Below, one piece after another: positions 1-8,437 of a stretch of DNA of 64,000 nt. The notes under the pieces are model-generated. The model saw only the letters and a program-made list of their open reading frames with translations. It made no database searches and was not told the origin of the DNA. The translations under genes were made by a program, and so were the position numbers. The stretch comes from Burkholderiales bacterium (lineage in GTDB: Bacteria > Pseudomonadota > Gammaproteobacteria > Burkholderiales > SG8-39), in contig DATLUZ010000297.1 of assembly GCA_035577785.1 (NCBI GenBank), positions 7,802-71,801 of the forward strand, written 5' to 3'. The number at the start of each line of letters is the position of its first letter. Position 1 is the first letter of the stretch.

Positions 1-725
<725 letters not shown>

Positions 726-836
726 CCATCCCGGGCTGCTGCAATGGCGGCGAGCGCAACGGAGAGCCTGCGGCGCAGGCGCAGGCCCAGTGCGTCGCCT
801 TCATGACGGGCGAAAGGATCCGCGAGCCGCGGCTTC

Positions 837-2384
837 TCAGCTACTGACCGGGCAGTCGACCCGCATGACCACGCCCGAGCCGTCCTCGCGGTTCGCCGCC
901 CGCGCCTCGCCGCCGTGGAACTGCGCGATCAGGCGGACCATGTACAGGCCCAGCCCCAGATGGGGCTCCTTATTGCCCAGGTGAGGCTCCTTGCCATCGA
1001 GGTGATCGGGCCGCAGGGAAACCATCGATTCGAAGAGGCGCCCGGCCATCTCCGCGGGAAGCAGGGGTCCGCTGTTGCTGACGGTGAGCGCGCCTTTTTC
1101 GTCGAGCCGCACGCGGACAGCCTCGTCCGCGACCGAAAAGTCGGCCGCGTTCGCGGCCAGCTTGTCGAGCATCTGGGCATAGAGATCGGGAGCGCCCCGC
1201 AGCATGACCGGGTGGTCGGGCAGCGAAAGGGCAAACCGGATGCGGGGAAAGACCGACGCATACCCCGCAACGCAGCCGCGCAGCACCTCGCCGGCGTCGA
1301 AGCGCTCGCGCTCTGCCTCCCGCACCGCGGTCTCCAGGCGGGTCGCCTCGGACATGCGCGTGAGGATGGCGTCGAGGCGGGCGAGGCCCTCGGCCGCGCG
1401 CTCGGTGTAGACGCGCGCCTCCTCGGGCAGCGCGGTCATCTTCAGGTTCTCGAGCGACGAGCGCACCACGGTGACCGGCGTGCGCAGCTCGTGCGAGAGG
1501 CGACCGCCGAGCTTCTCGAGATAGGCGTTGTACTGCGCGAGCCGCTCGAGCGCGGTGGAGAAGCTGCGCGAAAGGTCGCCGAGCTCGTCGCCCGAGCTCG
1601 ACCCCGCGATCAGCTTCTTCACCCGCCCCTGCGAGTCGATCGCCTGCTCGGCTTCGTCGCGCAGGCGCCTCAGCCGCAGCGACAGGCGCGAGGCGAACGC
1701 GAGCAGCACCAGCGCGCTGATCGCGAACACGACCAGCGTCACCGCCACCACTTTTTCCAGCGTGCGGTCCGAGAGCGAGCGGATCGCGTTGGTCGTCTCC
1801 TCGACCACCACGGCGCCCAGCACGTCGTCGCCCGACCAGATCGGATGCGCCGCCGAAAGGATGACGGCGCGAGAGTCGGTGGAGTTGCGCCAGCGCCGCC
1901 CGGCCATGCCCTGCAGCGCGGCGCTGACCTCGCCGGCGCCGCTGATCTGCGACTCGGGCAGCGCGTCGTCGAAATCCTCCGTGGGCCGCTCGAGCAGGAG
2001 CTGGGTCACCGGGCGCAGCGACCGCGCGAGCACCTCGAGCGCATCCGCGGGCGGGGGTTCGTCGGGCACCTTCTTCCTGAGGTCGCCGGTGATGGCGAGC
2101 AGCCGGCCCTGCCGGTCGACGATCCAGATGCGCAGGTCGGCGCGGCCGAGACTTCTGAGAATGCGCTCCATCTCGCCGTTCGCCGCCACGCCGGGACGCA
2201 GGTCGAGGAGCTCGGGCCGGTCGTGCAGCGTGGTCGCGACGGCGCGCGCGGTGGCGACGAGGGCCTGCTCCTGGCCTTCGCGCAGCACCGCCTCCATGTC
2301 CTTCACGTAGCGATAGCCGAGCCAGGGGATCGGCGCCAGCACGAGCGCGACCAGCGCGACCTTGGCTCTCAGGCCAAAGCGCAC
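837..2384 (-). CDS. Two-component sensor histidine kinase
   Basis: 515 aa with N-terminal and mid-protein TM segments, H-box HELRTPVTVV and ATP-lid GLGLYMV. The GTG start directly follows the TAG stop of the upstream regulator (TAGGTG). Confidence 0.9.
   Translation of the reverse strand: MRFGLRAKVALVALVLAPIPWLGYRYVKDMEAVLREGQEQALVATARAVATTLHDRPELLDLRPGVAANGEMERILRSLGRADLRIWIVDRQGRLLAITGDLRKKVPDEPPPADALEVLARSLRPVTQLLLERPTEDFDDALPESQISGAGEVSAALQGMAGRRWRNSTDSRAVILSAAHPIWSGDDVLGAVVVEETTNAIRSLSDRTLEKVVAVTLVVFAISALVLLAFASRLSLRLRRLRDEAEQAIDSQGRVKKLIAGSSSGDELGDLSRSFSTALERLAQYNAYLEKLGGRLSHELRTPVTVVRSSLENLKMTALPEEARVYTERAAEGLARLDAILTRMSEATRLETAVREAERERFDAGEVLRGCVAGYASVFPRIRFALSLPDHPVMLRGAPDLYAQMLDKLAANAADFSVADEAVRVRLDEKGALTVSNSGPLLPAEMAGRLFESMVSLRPDHLDGKEPHLGNKEPHLGLGLYMVRLIAQFHGGEARAANREDGSGVVMRVDCPVSS
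954..992 (-). repeat. In-frame 21-nt tandem duplication inside the kinase ATP-lid (KEPHLGN / KEPHLGL)
   Basis: Minus strand reads aaggagcctcacctgggc-aat-aaggagccccatctgggg. The two copies differ only at synonymous third positions. Confidence 0.8.
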
Positions 2385-3074
2385 CTAGGTGTTCCAGCGG
2401 TAGCCGAGCCCGTACACCGTGTCGATGGCATCGAACGCCGGATCGACCGCCTGGAACTTGCGCCGGATGCGCTTCACGTGCGAGGTGATCGTCGAGTCGT
2501 CGACCACGATGTGCGCTTCCTTCATGAGCTGCTCGCGGTTCTTGACGTGGCCGGGAAAGCGCGCCACGCAATGCACCAGCCAGAACTCGGTGAGCGTGAG
2601 GTCCACAGGCTTCGCCTTCCAGGTCGCCACAAAGCGTTTCATGTCGAGGCGCAGCTCGCCGCGCTCGAGGATCTCCTCCTCGAGCGGCGGCTCGCGCAGC
2701 AGGTCGGCGCGCCGGAAAAGCGCGCTGATGCGCGCAAGGAGATGCGGTATCCCTGCGTCCTTGGTCAGGTAGTCGTCGGCCCCCATGCGCAGCCCCGAGA
2801 TCACGTCGAAATCGCTGTCGCGGGCGGTGAGGAAGATGATCGGCAGCGCGGCCGACAGCGCGCGCAGCTCGCGGCACAGCGCGAAGCCGCCGTCGGGCTC
2901 GCCGGCGAGGCCGATGTCGAGCAGCGCGAGGTCGGGCAGCCGGCTGCGGAACGCCGCGAGCGCCGAGCCGCGGTCGGCGAACGCGCTCACCTGATAGCCG
3001 TGCTTCTTGAGAAGATCGGTGTAGTTGGCGCGGATTGCGGGATCGTCTTCGACGATGGCTACGGTTTTTGCCAT
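2385..3074 (-). CDS. OmpR/PhoB-family response regulator
   Basis: ORF 2385..3329 trimmed to ATG 3074 (MAKTVAIVEDDPAIR...). It has a receiver domain plus a winged-helix C-terminus (TVYGLGYRW). The upstream 85 codons have no regulator-like sequence. Confidence 0.9.
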   Translation of the reverse strand: MAKTVAIVEDDPAIRANYTDLLKKHGYQVSAFADRGSALAAFRSRLPDLALLDIGLAGEPDGGFALCRELRALSAALPIIFLTARDSDFDVISGLRMGADDYLTKDAGIPHLLARISALFRRADLLREPPLEEEILERGELRLDMKRFVATWKAKPVDLTLTEFWLVHCVARFPGHVKNREQLMKEAHIVVDDSTITSHVKRIRRKFQAVDPAFDAIDTVYGLGYRWNT

Positions 3075-3222
3075 GCGGCCAATATACCGGAGGCCGGGGC
3101 GCCGAAACCCGCTGCCACGGATTCGCCACAATTCATCGGCGCCGCGCCAGCTTTGCGCTGCGGCAGGCGCAGCTTGGGTTGCTTGAATGACGAACATGTC
3201 ACACGCAACCAGGAGCACGCCT

Positions 3223-3336
3223 ATGAAAGCCGTGATCGATTTCTCATACGCCGCCTTCGTCGCCGCCGTGATCGGCATCGCGGTCGGCGGCACCGCCTTC
3301 TCCCTCGTCTGGCTGATGCACATCCTCAAGGTGTAG
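3223..3336 (+). CDS. Unannotated 37-aa single-TM small protein (MKAVIDFSYAAFVAAVIGIAVGGTAFSLVWLMHILKV)
   Basis: Below the 60-aa cutoff of the ORF track. AGGAG at 3211-3215 lies 7 nt before ATG 3223. 34 of 37 codons end in G/C, like genuine genes here. The product is one hydrophobic helix. Confidence 0.5.
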   Translation: MKAVIDFSYAAFVAAVIGIAVGGTAFSLVWLMHILKV

Positions 3337-3467
3337 CAAGACGCCGAGGGCTGGTGGCTGGCGGCTCGCGTGACGCCGCCTCCCCACGGCCACGATGCCA
3401 GGCGCTGCGCTCGGCGCCCGGATCCGCCAGCTCCTGGCCCTCGGCGCCTTTCCCGAACGGCACTACC

Positions 3468-3803
3468 ATGCTTCGCCTCGCCTGCGTCTTCTCAGTCTGG
3501 ATCGCCTCGACGGCTTGGGCCCTTGACGACGCCGACGCGGACTACGATTTCGAGCTGCATGAGGCTTACGTGCTGGCGTGGAGCGAAGCAGACGATCATC
3601 AGCGGCGGCTGCTCGAGCGCGCGCAGCGCGGCTGGAACGACTACCGCGCCGCGAATTGCGAGCTCGTCGGAAGCGGCTGCTACGCGCTCATGGCCCAGGA
3701 GCGCACTGCCGAGCTGCGCTACGTGTTGCGATCGGAAAAGTCGTGCGCCCCGGCGGCCGGGTCGCCGCCGAGGCGCACTTGCATCGTGCTGCGCGAGGAC
3801 TAG
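3468..3803 (+). CDS. Secreted DUF1311/LprI-like (lysozyme-inhibitor family) protein
   Basis: Last 111 codons of the spurious ORF 915..3803, starting at ATG 3468. It has signal peptide MLRLACVFSVWIASTAWA and a QRGW..YR..C pattern like DUF1311. Confidence 0.6.
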   Translation: MLRLACVFSVWIASTAWALDDADADYDFELHEAYVLAWSEADDHQRRLLERAQRGWNDYRAANCELVGSGCYALMAQERTAELRYVLRSEKSCAPAAGSPPRRTCIVLRED

Positions 3804-3828
3804 GGCCGATGAATTTCGGGGCACCGGC

Positions 3829-3849
3829 CTGCGCCAGACGCTGGCGCAG
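3829..3849. terminator. GC-rich hairpin between convergent genes (possible bidirectional terminator)
   Basis: Perfect 9-bp stem ctgcgccag/ctggcgcag with a 3-nt loop. There is no downstream U-tract on either strand. Confidence 0.3.
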
Positions 3850-3861
3850 ACAAAAACCTGA

Positions 3862-5556
3862 TCAGGCGAGCGCCAGCCGCTTCTCCTGCCAGACGAGGCG
3901 CTTGTCGTGGTACCCGGCGAGGCTCTCGCGGTGGCCGATCGAGACGAGCGTGGTTCCGGTGAGCTTTTCCTTGAGCAGGCGGTAGAGCGCATCCTGATCC
4001 TGATCTGGAAGCGCTGCGGTCGCTTCATCGAGAAACAGCCAATCCGGCTTGTTCAGGAGCGCGCGCGCGAAGGCCAGGCGCTGCTGCTCGCCGCCCGAAA
4101 GCACCTGCGCCCAATTCTCGCTCCGCTCGAGATCGCCCGCGAGCTGCGCCAACCCCACGGCGCTCAGCGCATTCTTGATGGTCTCGTCGGGATGCTTCGT
4201 CGGCTCGTCAGGGTAGCTCACAGCGTGCCTTAGGGAACCGAGCGGCAGATAAGGCTTTTGCGGCAGGAAAAGCAGGCGTGCGCCTTTCGGCAGTTTGATG
4301 CGGCCCTTCCAGTAAGGCCAGATTCCTGCGAGCGCGCGGAAGAACGTCGACTTGCCCGCGCCGGAGGGCCCCGTCACGAGCACGTCTTCCCCGGGCTTGA
4401 TCTGGACCGATGTCTGGTTGAGCAGCGGCGTGCCCCGTGGCAGGTCGATTTCGAGATTGTTCAGCGCGATGGCGCCGTCGCCGGAGTCGACGCGCTCGCC
4501 GTCGAGCCGTTCCGCCTCCTCGCGGACCCGCTCGATCGATGCGCGGAATCCGATCAGGCGGTCGACGGTCGCTTTCCAGGTCGCGAAATCTTGGTAGACG
4601 TTGACGAACCAGGAGAGCGCTCCCTGTACCTGGTTGAACGCCGAGGCGGTCTGGAAGATCACGCCCAGCTGAATTTTGCCCGCAAAGAACCGCGGCGACA
4701 CCACGATGTACGGGAAGATGATTGCGAGCTGCGCGTAGAAATTCGTGTACCAGTTGAGATGCTTGCGCTTACGCATGAGCTGCCACCAGTTGCCGACCAC
4801 CGCGGCGAAGCGCTGCCGCAGGCCGCCGAGCTCCTCCTGCTCGCCGCGATAGAGCGCCACGCCTTCGCTGTTCTCGCGCAATCGCACCAGCGAGAAGCGG
4901 AAGTCGGCCTCGACCCGCTGCTTGTTGAAGCCTAGCGCGATTAGCTTGCGGCCGACGAAGTGGGTGAGCACCGTTCCGACGATGGCGTACGCGAGCGCGG
5001 TCCACACGAGATAGCCGGGAATATTGAAACCCCACAGCTCCAGCGATCCGGACAGCCCCCACAGGATGACGACGAAGGAGGCGAGCGTGACGACCGACGA
5101 AAGCAGGCCGAGGGCGAGGCTGCTGGTGTAGTCGACAAAGAAATTCAGGTCCTCCGAGATTCGCTGGTCCGGATTGTCGGTGCCACGGTCCAGGAGCTGC
5201 ATGCGGTAGTACGCCTGGTCCTGCGTCCACTCCTGGAGGAAGTGGTCGGTGAGCCATGTGCGCCATTCGATCTGGAGCATCTGGAGGAACCACGAGCGGT
5301 AGACCGCGAGGACGATGTACACGAACGCGAGCACGCCGAACTTGCCGAGCTGGTAGAAGAACTCCGCCTGATCCTTCTTCTCGAAGGTGTTGTAGAAGTC
5401 GCGGTTCCAGTAGTTGAACAGCACCTCCATGTAGACCAGGGCGAGCACCAGAGCGACTACGAGGACGAGCAGCCCGAGCGCCCTGGCCCGCTTCTCCGAG
5501 ACCCAGTAGGGCTGCGTAAGTGCCCAGAAAGCCTTTAGAAATCCATTAGTTCGCAT
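3862..5556 (-). CDS. Fused ABC transporter permease/ATPase, SbmA-BacA / YddA (ABCD-like) type
   Basis: 564 aa with an N-terminal multi-TM domain, then Walker A GPSGAGKST, signature LSGGEQQR and Walker B WLFLDEA. Confidence 0.9.
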   Translation of the reverse strand: MRTNGFLKAFWALTQPYWVSEKRARALGLLVLVVALVLALVYMEVLFNYWNRDFYNTFEKKDQAEFFYQLGKFGVLAFVYIVLAVYRSWFLQMLQIEWRTWLTDHFLQEWTQDQAYYRMQLLDRGTDNPDQRISEDLNFFVDYTSSLALGLLSSVVTLASFVVILWGLSGSLELWGFNIPGYLVWTALAYAIVGTVLTHFVGRKLIALGFNKQRVEADFRFSLVRLRENSEGVALYRGEQEELGGLRQRFAAVVGNWWQLMRKRKHLNWYTNFYAQLAIIFPYIVVSPRFFAGKIQLGVIFQTASAFNQVQGALSWFVNVYQDFATWKATVDRLIGFRASIERVREEAERLDGERVDSGDGAIALNNLEIDLPRGTPLLNQTSVQIKPGEDVLVTGPSGAGKSTFFRALAGIWPYWKGRIKLPKGARLLFLPQKPYLPLGSLRHAVSYPDEPTKHPDETIKNALSAVGLAQLAGDLERSENWAQVLSGGEQQRLAFARALLNKPDWLFLDEATAALPDQDQDALYRLLKEKLTGTTLVSIGHRESLAGYHDKRLVWQEKRLALA

Positions 5557-5584
5557 GGCGCACCTGAGGTCGAATGCAAATCAG

Positions 5585-5614
5585 TTTACAGAACCGTCAT
5601 CACGGGTTAACAAT
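5585..5614 (+). promoter_or_regulatory. Putative sigma70-type promoter TTTACA-N17/18-(T)AACAAT of the esterase gene
   Basis: TTTACA at 5585-5590 and AACAAT at 5609-5614. ATG 5623 lies only 8 nt downstream and there is no usable SD. Confidence 0.35.
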
Positions 5615-5622
5615 CGAGGGGC

Positions 5623-6288
5623 ATGTCTTCGGGCCGGGTCTTTCGCTTCGCGCCAACTCCTGACCGTCCCGCGCGCCATTTGTTCGTCTTTCTGCACGGC
5701 TGCGGCGCGACCGCGCAGTCGATGATCCCGATCGCGTTCAGGTTCCAGGCCCGCTTCCCGAGCGCCGCGCTGGTCGTGCCGAGCGGGTTCGACCCCGACG
5801 CGCGCGGCGGCGCCGCGCAGGACTGGTACCCAACGCGCGGCCTCAACGTCGACAACCACCGGGAGCGAGTCGCGTCGGTGCTGCCCGACGTCGACGACCT
5901 CGTGCGCCGGGAGCAGACCAACTTCGGCGTGACTGCGAGCCGCACTGTGCTCATCGGCTTCTCGCAGGGCGGCACGGTGGCGCTCGAGCTGGTGAAGACG
6001 CCCGGGCTCGCGGGCGCGGTGGTGGCCTTCTCGTCGCGTTACGCGCGCCTGCCGGCATGCGGCGCGCGCATCTCCTCGCGCATCCACCTCGTGCACGGCG
6101 AGTACGACTCGGTCGTCTCGCGCGTTTACGCCGAGCGGGCGGCGCGAGTGCTCGCCGGGCTGCACGTTCCCGTCACGCTCGACATCGTCGAAGACCTCGG
6201 CCACGCGCTTTCGCACCGGGCGATCAGCCTGGGCTCCCTGCGGCTGCTGCAGGGCATCTACGAAGGCCGTCGCGCCACCCTGCATTGA
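5623..6288 (+). CDS. Alpha/beta hydrolase, phospholipase/carboxylesterase family
   Basis: 221 aa with nucleophile elbow GFSQGG and the typical LHGCGA start of this esterase family. Confidence 0.85.
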   Translation: MSSGRVFRFAPTPDRPARHLFVFLHGCGATAQSMIPIAFRFQARFPSAALVVPSGFDPDARGGAAQDWYPTRGLNVDNHRERVASVLPDVDDLVRREQTNFGVTASRTVLIGFSQGGTVALELVKTPGLAGAVVAFSSRYARLPACGARISSRIHLVHGEYDSVVSRVYAERAARVLAGLHVPVTLDIVEDLGHALSHRAISLGSLRLLQGIYEGRRATLH

Positions 6289-6650
6289 AGGAGGGCATCG
6301 TTCTCGTCGCTCACGGGTCGCGCGATCCGGAGTGGTCGCGGCCGTTCGAGCGCATCGCGGCGAGCCTCGCGCAGAAGCTTCCCGCGGCGAGCGTCGGGCT
6401 GGCGTACCTGGAGCACGGCCCTTCGCTCGAGGAAGTCGTGACCGCGCTCGTCGCGAAGGGCGTGGGCTCGATCCGGGTGGTCCCGGTGTTCCTCGGCCAA
6501 GGCGGCCATGTGAAGGACGACCTGCCGCGCCTGGTCAATCAATTGAGGCGCCCCGGGTTGATAGTCAGCCTCGAAAAATCGATTGGCGAACAGCCGGTGG
6601 TCATCGAGGCAATCGCTTCCGCTATTTCCGCGGTTCGGAAAGACGCTTGA
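6285..6650 (+). CDS. cbiX: CbiX-type small sirohydrochlorin chelatase-like protein
   Basis: Tail of ORF 6057..6650 (IVLVAHGSRDPEW...VVPVFLGQGGH). TTG 6285 overlaps the upstream TGA (TTGA coupling). The start choice is uncertain. Confidence 0.75.
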   Translation: MKEGIVLVAHGSRDPEWSRPFERIAASLAQKLPAASVGLAYLEHGPSLEEVVTALVAKGVGSIRVVPVFLGQGGHVKDDLPRLVNQLRRPGLIVSLEKSIGEQPVVIEAIASAISAVRKDA

Positions 6651-7620
6651 GCATGGCCATGACGGCGCGGATCTGCGCGCCGTCCCTGGTGTGGTATTGC
6701 GCGCCGGTGTAGCCCCACCAGTCCCAGCAGCCGTTCGGGTTGTACACCCACCACCAGCGCGCGGTCGCCTGGGGGTACAGCACGATGATGCGATTCGTGT
6801 CGGCCCAGCGGTTGTAGCCCGCCTCGCGCGCGAACGTATCGTTGATTGCGTCCTTTCCCTGGAGGCAGCCGTGAAACGCGACGTGCACGCGGCAGCGCTG
6901 GGTCTCGCAGTCCTTCGGGATGTACACGAAACCCTCGTCGCCCATGCTGATGTCGTAGCCGCCGAAGGGCTTCTGATCGAAGGTCTGCAGGCGCCCCACC
7001 GGGGCCGCGGCCGGCGCAACGAGCGGCCCGGCGAGGTACTGGAGCAGCGCCCCCGCCGCATCGTAGTCGCAGTCGTTGATGAACGGCGAGCGCGTCACGC
7101 CGCAGTCCTTGTTTCCGGCATCCTCGGTGACCATTGCGTGGCCCGCGGGCTTGTCGCCCACCAGGACGGTCGCGGTCTGGTACGCGCCATAAAACGCCTG
7201 CAGCTCTTCCACCACCGCGCGCGCCACGGTGTCGTCGTGCGTGCCGCTGAAAAGCCAGGCGCGGCCCGAGGCGAGATTCGCCGTCGGATCGATGCGCCCG
7301 TCTGCGGCGAGGCGGTCGGTCGCCGTCTTCAGCGTCGCGAGTGACGGCAGCGGCATGAAGCTACCCGGCTTCATGCAGTTGTAGTACGCAGTCCACAAGC
7401 TGCCCTGCGCGCAGTAGTACGGCCCGCCGGCGAGCGCGCCCGCGCCCTTGATGCGGCTCGATTGGGCAACATGGACCTGCACCGCCATGTACGCGCCGGA
7501 GGACAGTCCCGACACCGTCGCCGTTTGCTCGGCGTCCAGGCGCGGCAGCGGTGGCGCGGCCGATGCGTGAAGCGAGACCAGCGCGATTACGAGGCGACCC
7601 GTCGCGCCGCAGAAACGCAT
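6622..7620 (-). CDS. Secreted esterase of the PHB-depolymerase family (type-2 domain order, catalytic domain only)
   Basis: 332 aa with a signal peptide. Lipase box GLSSG is near the N-terminus, while the HGC...NRWAD...VLYPQ...NPNGCWDWWGY block is C-terminal. The 3' end overlaps the cbiX-like gene by 29 nt. Confidence 0.7.
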   Translation of the reverse strand: MRFCGATGRLVIALVSLHASAAPPLPRLDAEQTATVSGLSSGAYMAVQVHVAQSSRIKGAGALAGGPYYCAQGSLWTAYYNCMKPGSFMPLPSLATLKTATDRLAADGRIDPTANLASGRAWLFSGTHDDTVARAVVEELQAFYGAYQTATVLVGDKPAGHAMVTEDAGNKDCGVTRSPFINDCDYDAAGALLQYLAGPLVAPAAAPVGRLQTFDQKPFGGYDISMGDEGFVYIPKDCETQRCRVHVAFHGCLQGKDAINDTFAREAGYNRWADTNRIIVLYPQATARWWWVYNPNGCWDWWGYTGAQYHTRDGAQIRAVMAMLKRLSEPRK

Positions 7621-7696
7621 CCTTCATCTTAGCGGAACCTGCTGCGCCGCAATAAGATTTCCGGGAGTAAAGTTGAGGCGAGAGGAGGCGCCAGCC

Positions 7697-8128
7697 ATGG
7701 ACCGTCCCGTGCGCACCATCATCGAGAATCAGGCTCCCGTCACCGCAACCGCTGAAATGACCGTCGCCGCGGCCTCGCGCCTCATGAAAACCAGGCGCAT
7801 CGGCGCGATCCTCGTGCTCGAAGGCGCGCGCCTCGCCGGCATCTTTACCGAGCGCGATGCGCTGTTTCGGGTCATCGCCGAGAACCGCGATCCGGGCAAG
7901 ACCAAGCTCGGCGACGTCATGACGCGCAACCCGCGCACCATCGCGCCCGATCGTCCCTTCGGGCACGCCCTGCACCTCATGCACGAGGGTGAGTTCCGGC
8001 ACGTTCCCGTGGTGGAGAACGGCCGCCCGGTCGGCATCGTGTCGGCGCGCGACGCGCTTGGGCCCGACCTTCGCCAGTTCATCTCCGACCTCGACCAGCG
8101 CGCGCACATCGGCGAGATCCTCGGGTAG
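7697..8128 (+). CDS. CBS-domain pair protein
   Basis: GAGGAGG at 7682-7688 lies 8 nt before ATG 7697 (track start TTG 7673 is less likely). Two CBS repeats are present (GILTERD-like IFTERD, VGIVSARD). Confidence 0.85.
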   Translation: MDRPVRTIIENQAPVTATAEMTVAAASRLMKTRRIGAILVLEGARLAGIFTERDALFRVIAENRDPGKTKLGDVMTRNPRTIAPDRPFGHALHLMHEGEFRHVPVVENGRPVGIVSARDALGPDLRQFISDLDQRAHIGEILG

Positions 8129-8131
8129 CCG

Positions 8132-8437
8132 GTGTACCTGGCGCGCTTCTCCTATCACATCCTGCCGGTGAACCGGCACCGCGCGCTCGAGCTCATCAGC
8201 CGCGAGCTCAAGGCCGCGCGCGGAAAGGGCCTCAATGCCCGCCTGCTCGTGCCGCTGACTCGGGGCCAAGGCGCTCCTGCGCTGCAATTCGAGCTCGAGC
8301 TCAAGAAGCTCGACGAGCTCGAGCAGTTCCGCCATGGCGTCGGCACGAAGGGCGACGCCGGCAAGTGGATGCAGAGCTTCAGCGAGATCTTGGTCTCGCC
8401 CCCCGAAGTCGAGATCCTGCGCGTCGAAGCGGACTAG
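8132..8437 (+). CDS. Hypothetical 101-aa protein (possibly small alpha+beta barrel)
   Basis: GTG start 4 nt after the CBS gene stop, with high GC3. I recognise no motif. Confidence 0.55.
   Translation: MYLARFSYHILPVNRHRALELISRELKAARGKGLNARLLVPLTRGQGAPALQFELELKKLDELEQFRHGVGTKGDAGKWMQSFSEILVSPPEVEILRVEAD

Noticed and set aside
2385-3329. 85-codon N-terminal extension of the response regulator in the ORF track
   Set aside because: The extension has no receiver-domain sequence and would cover the divergent promoter region. The canonical MAKTVAIVEDD start is at 3074.
915-3803. 962-aa plus-strand ORF
   Set aside because: It is antisense to the kinase and regulator genes and has no motifs. Only its last 111 codons (3468-3803) look like a real gene, with a signal peptide and a DUF1311-like pattern.
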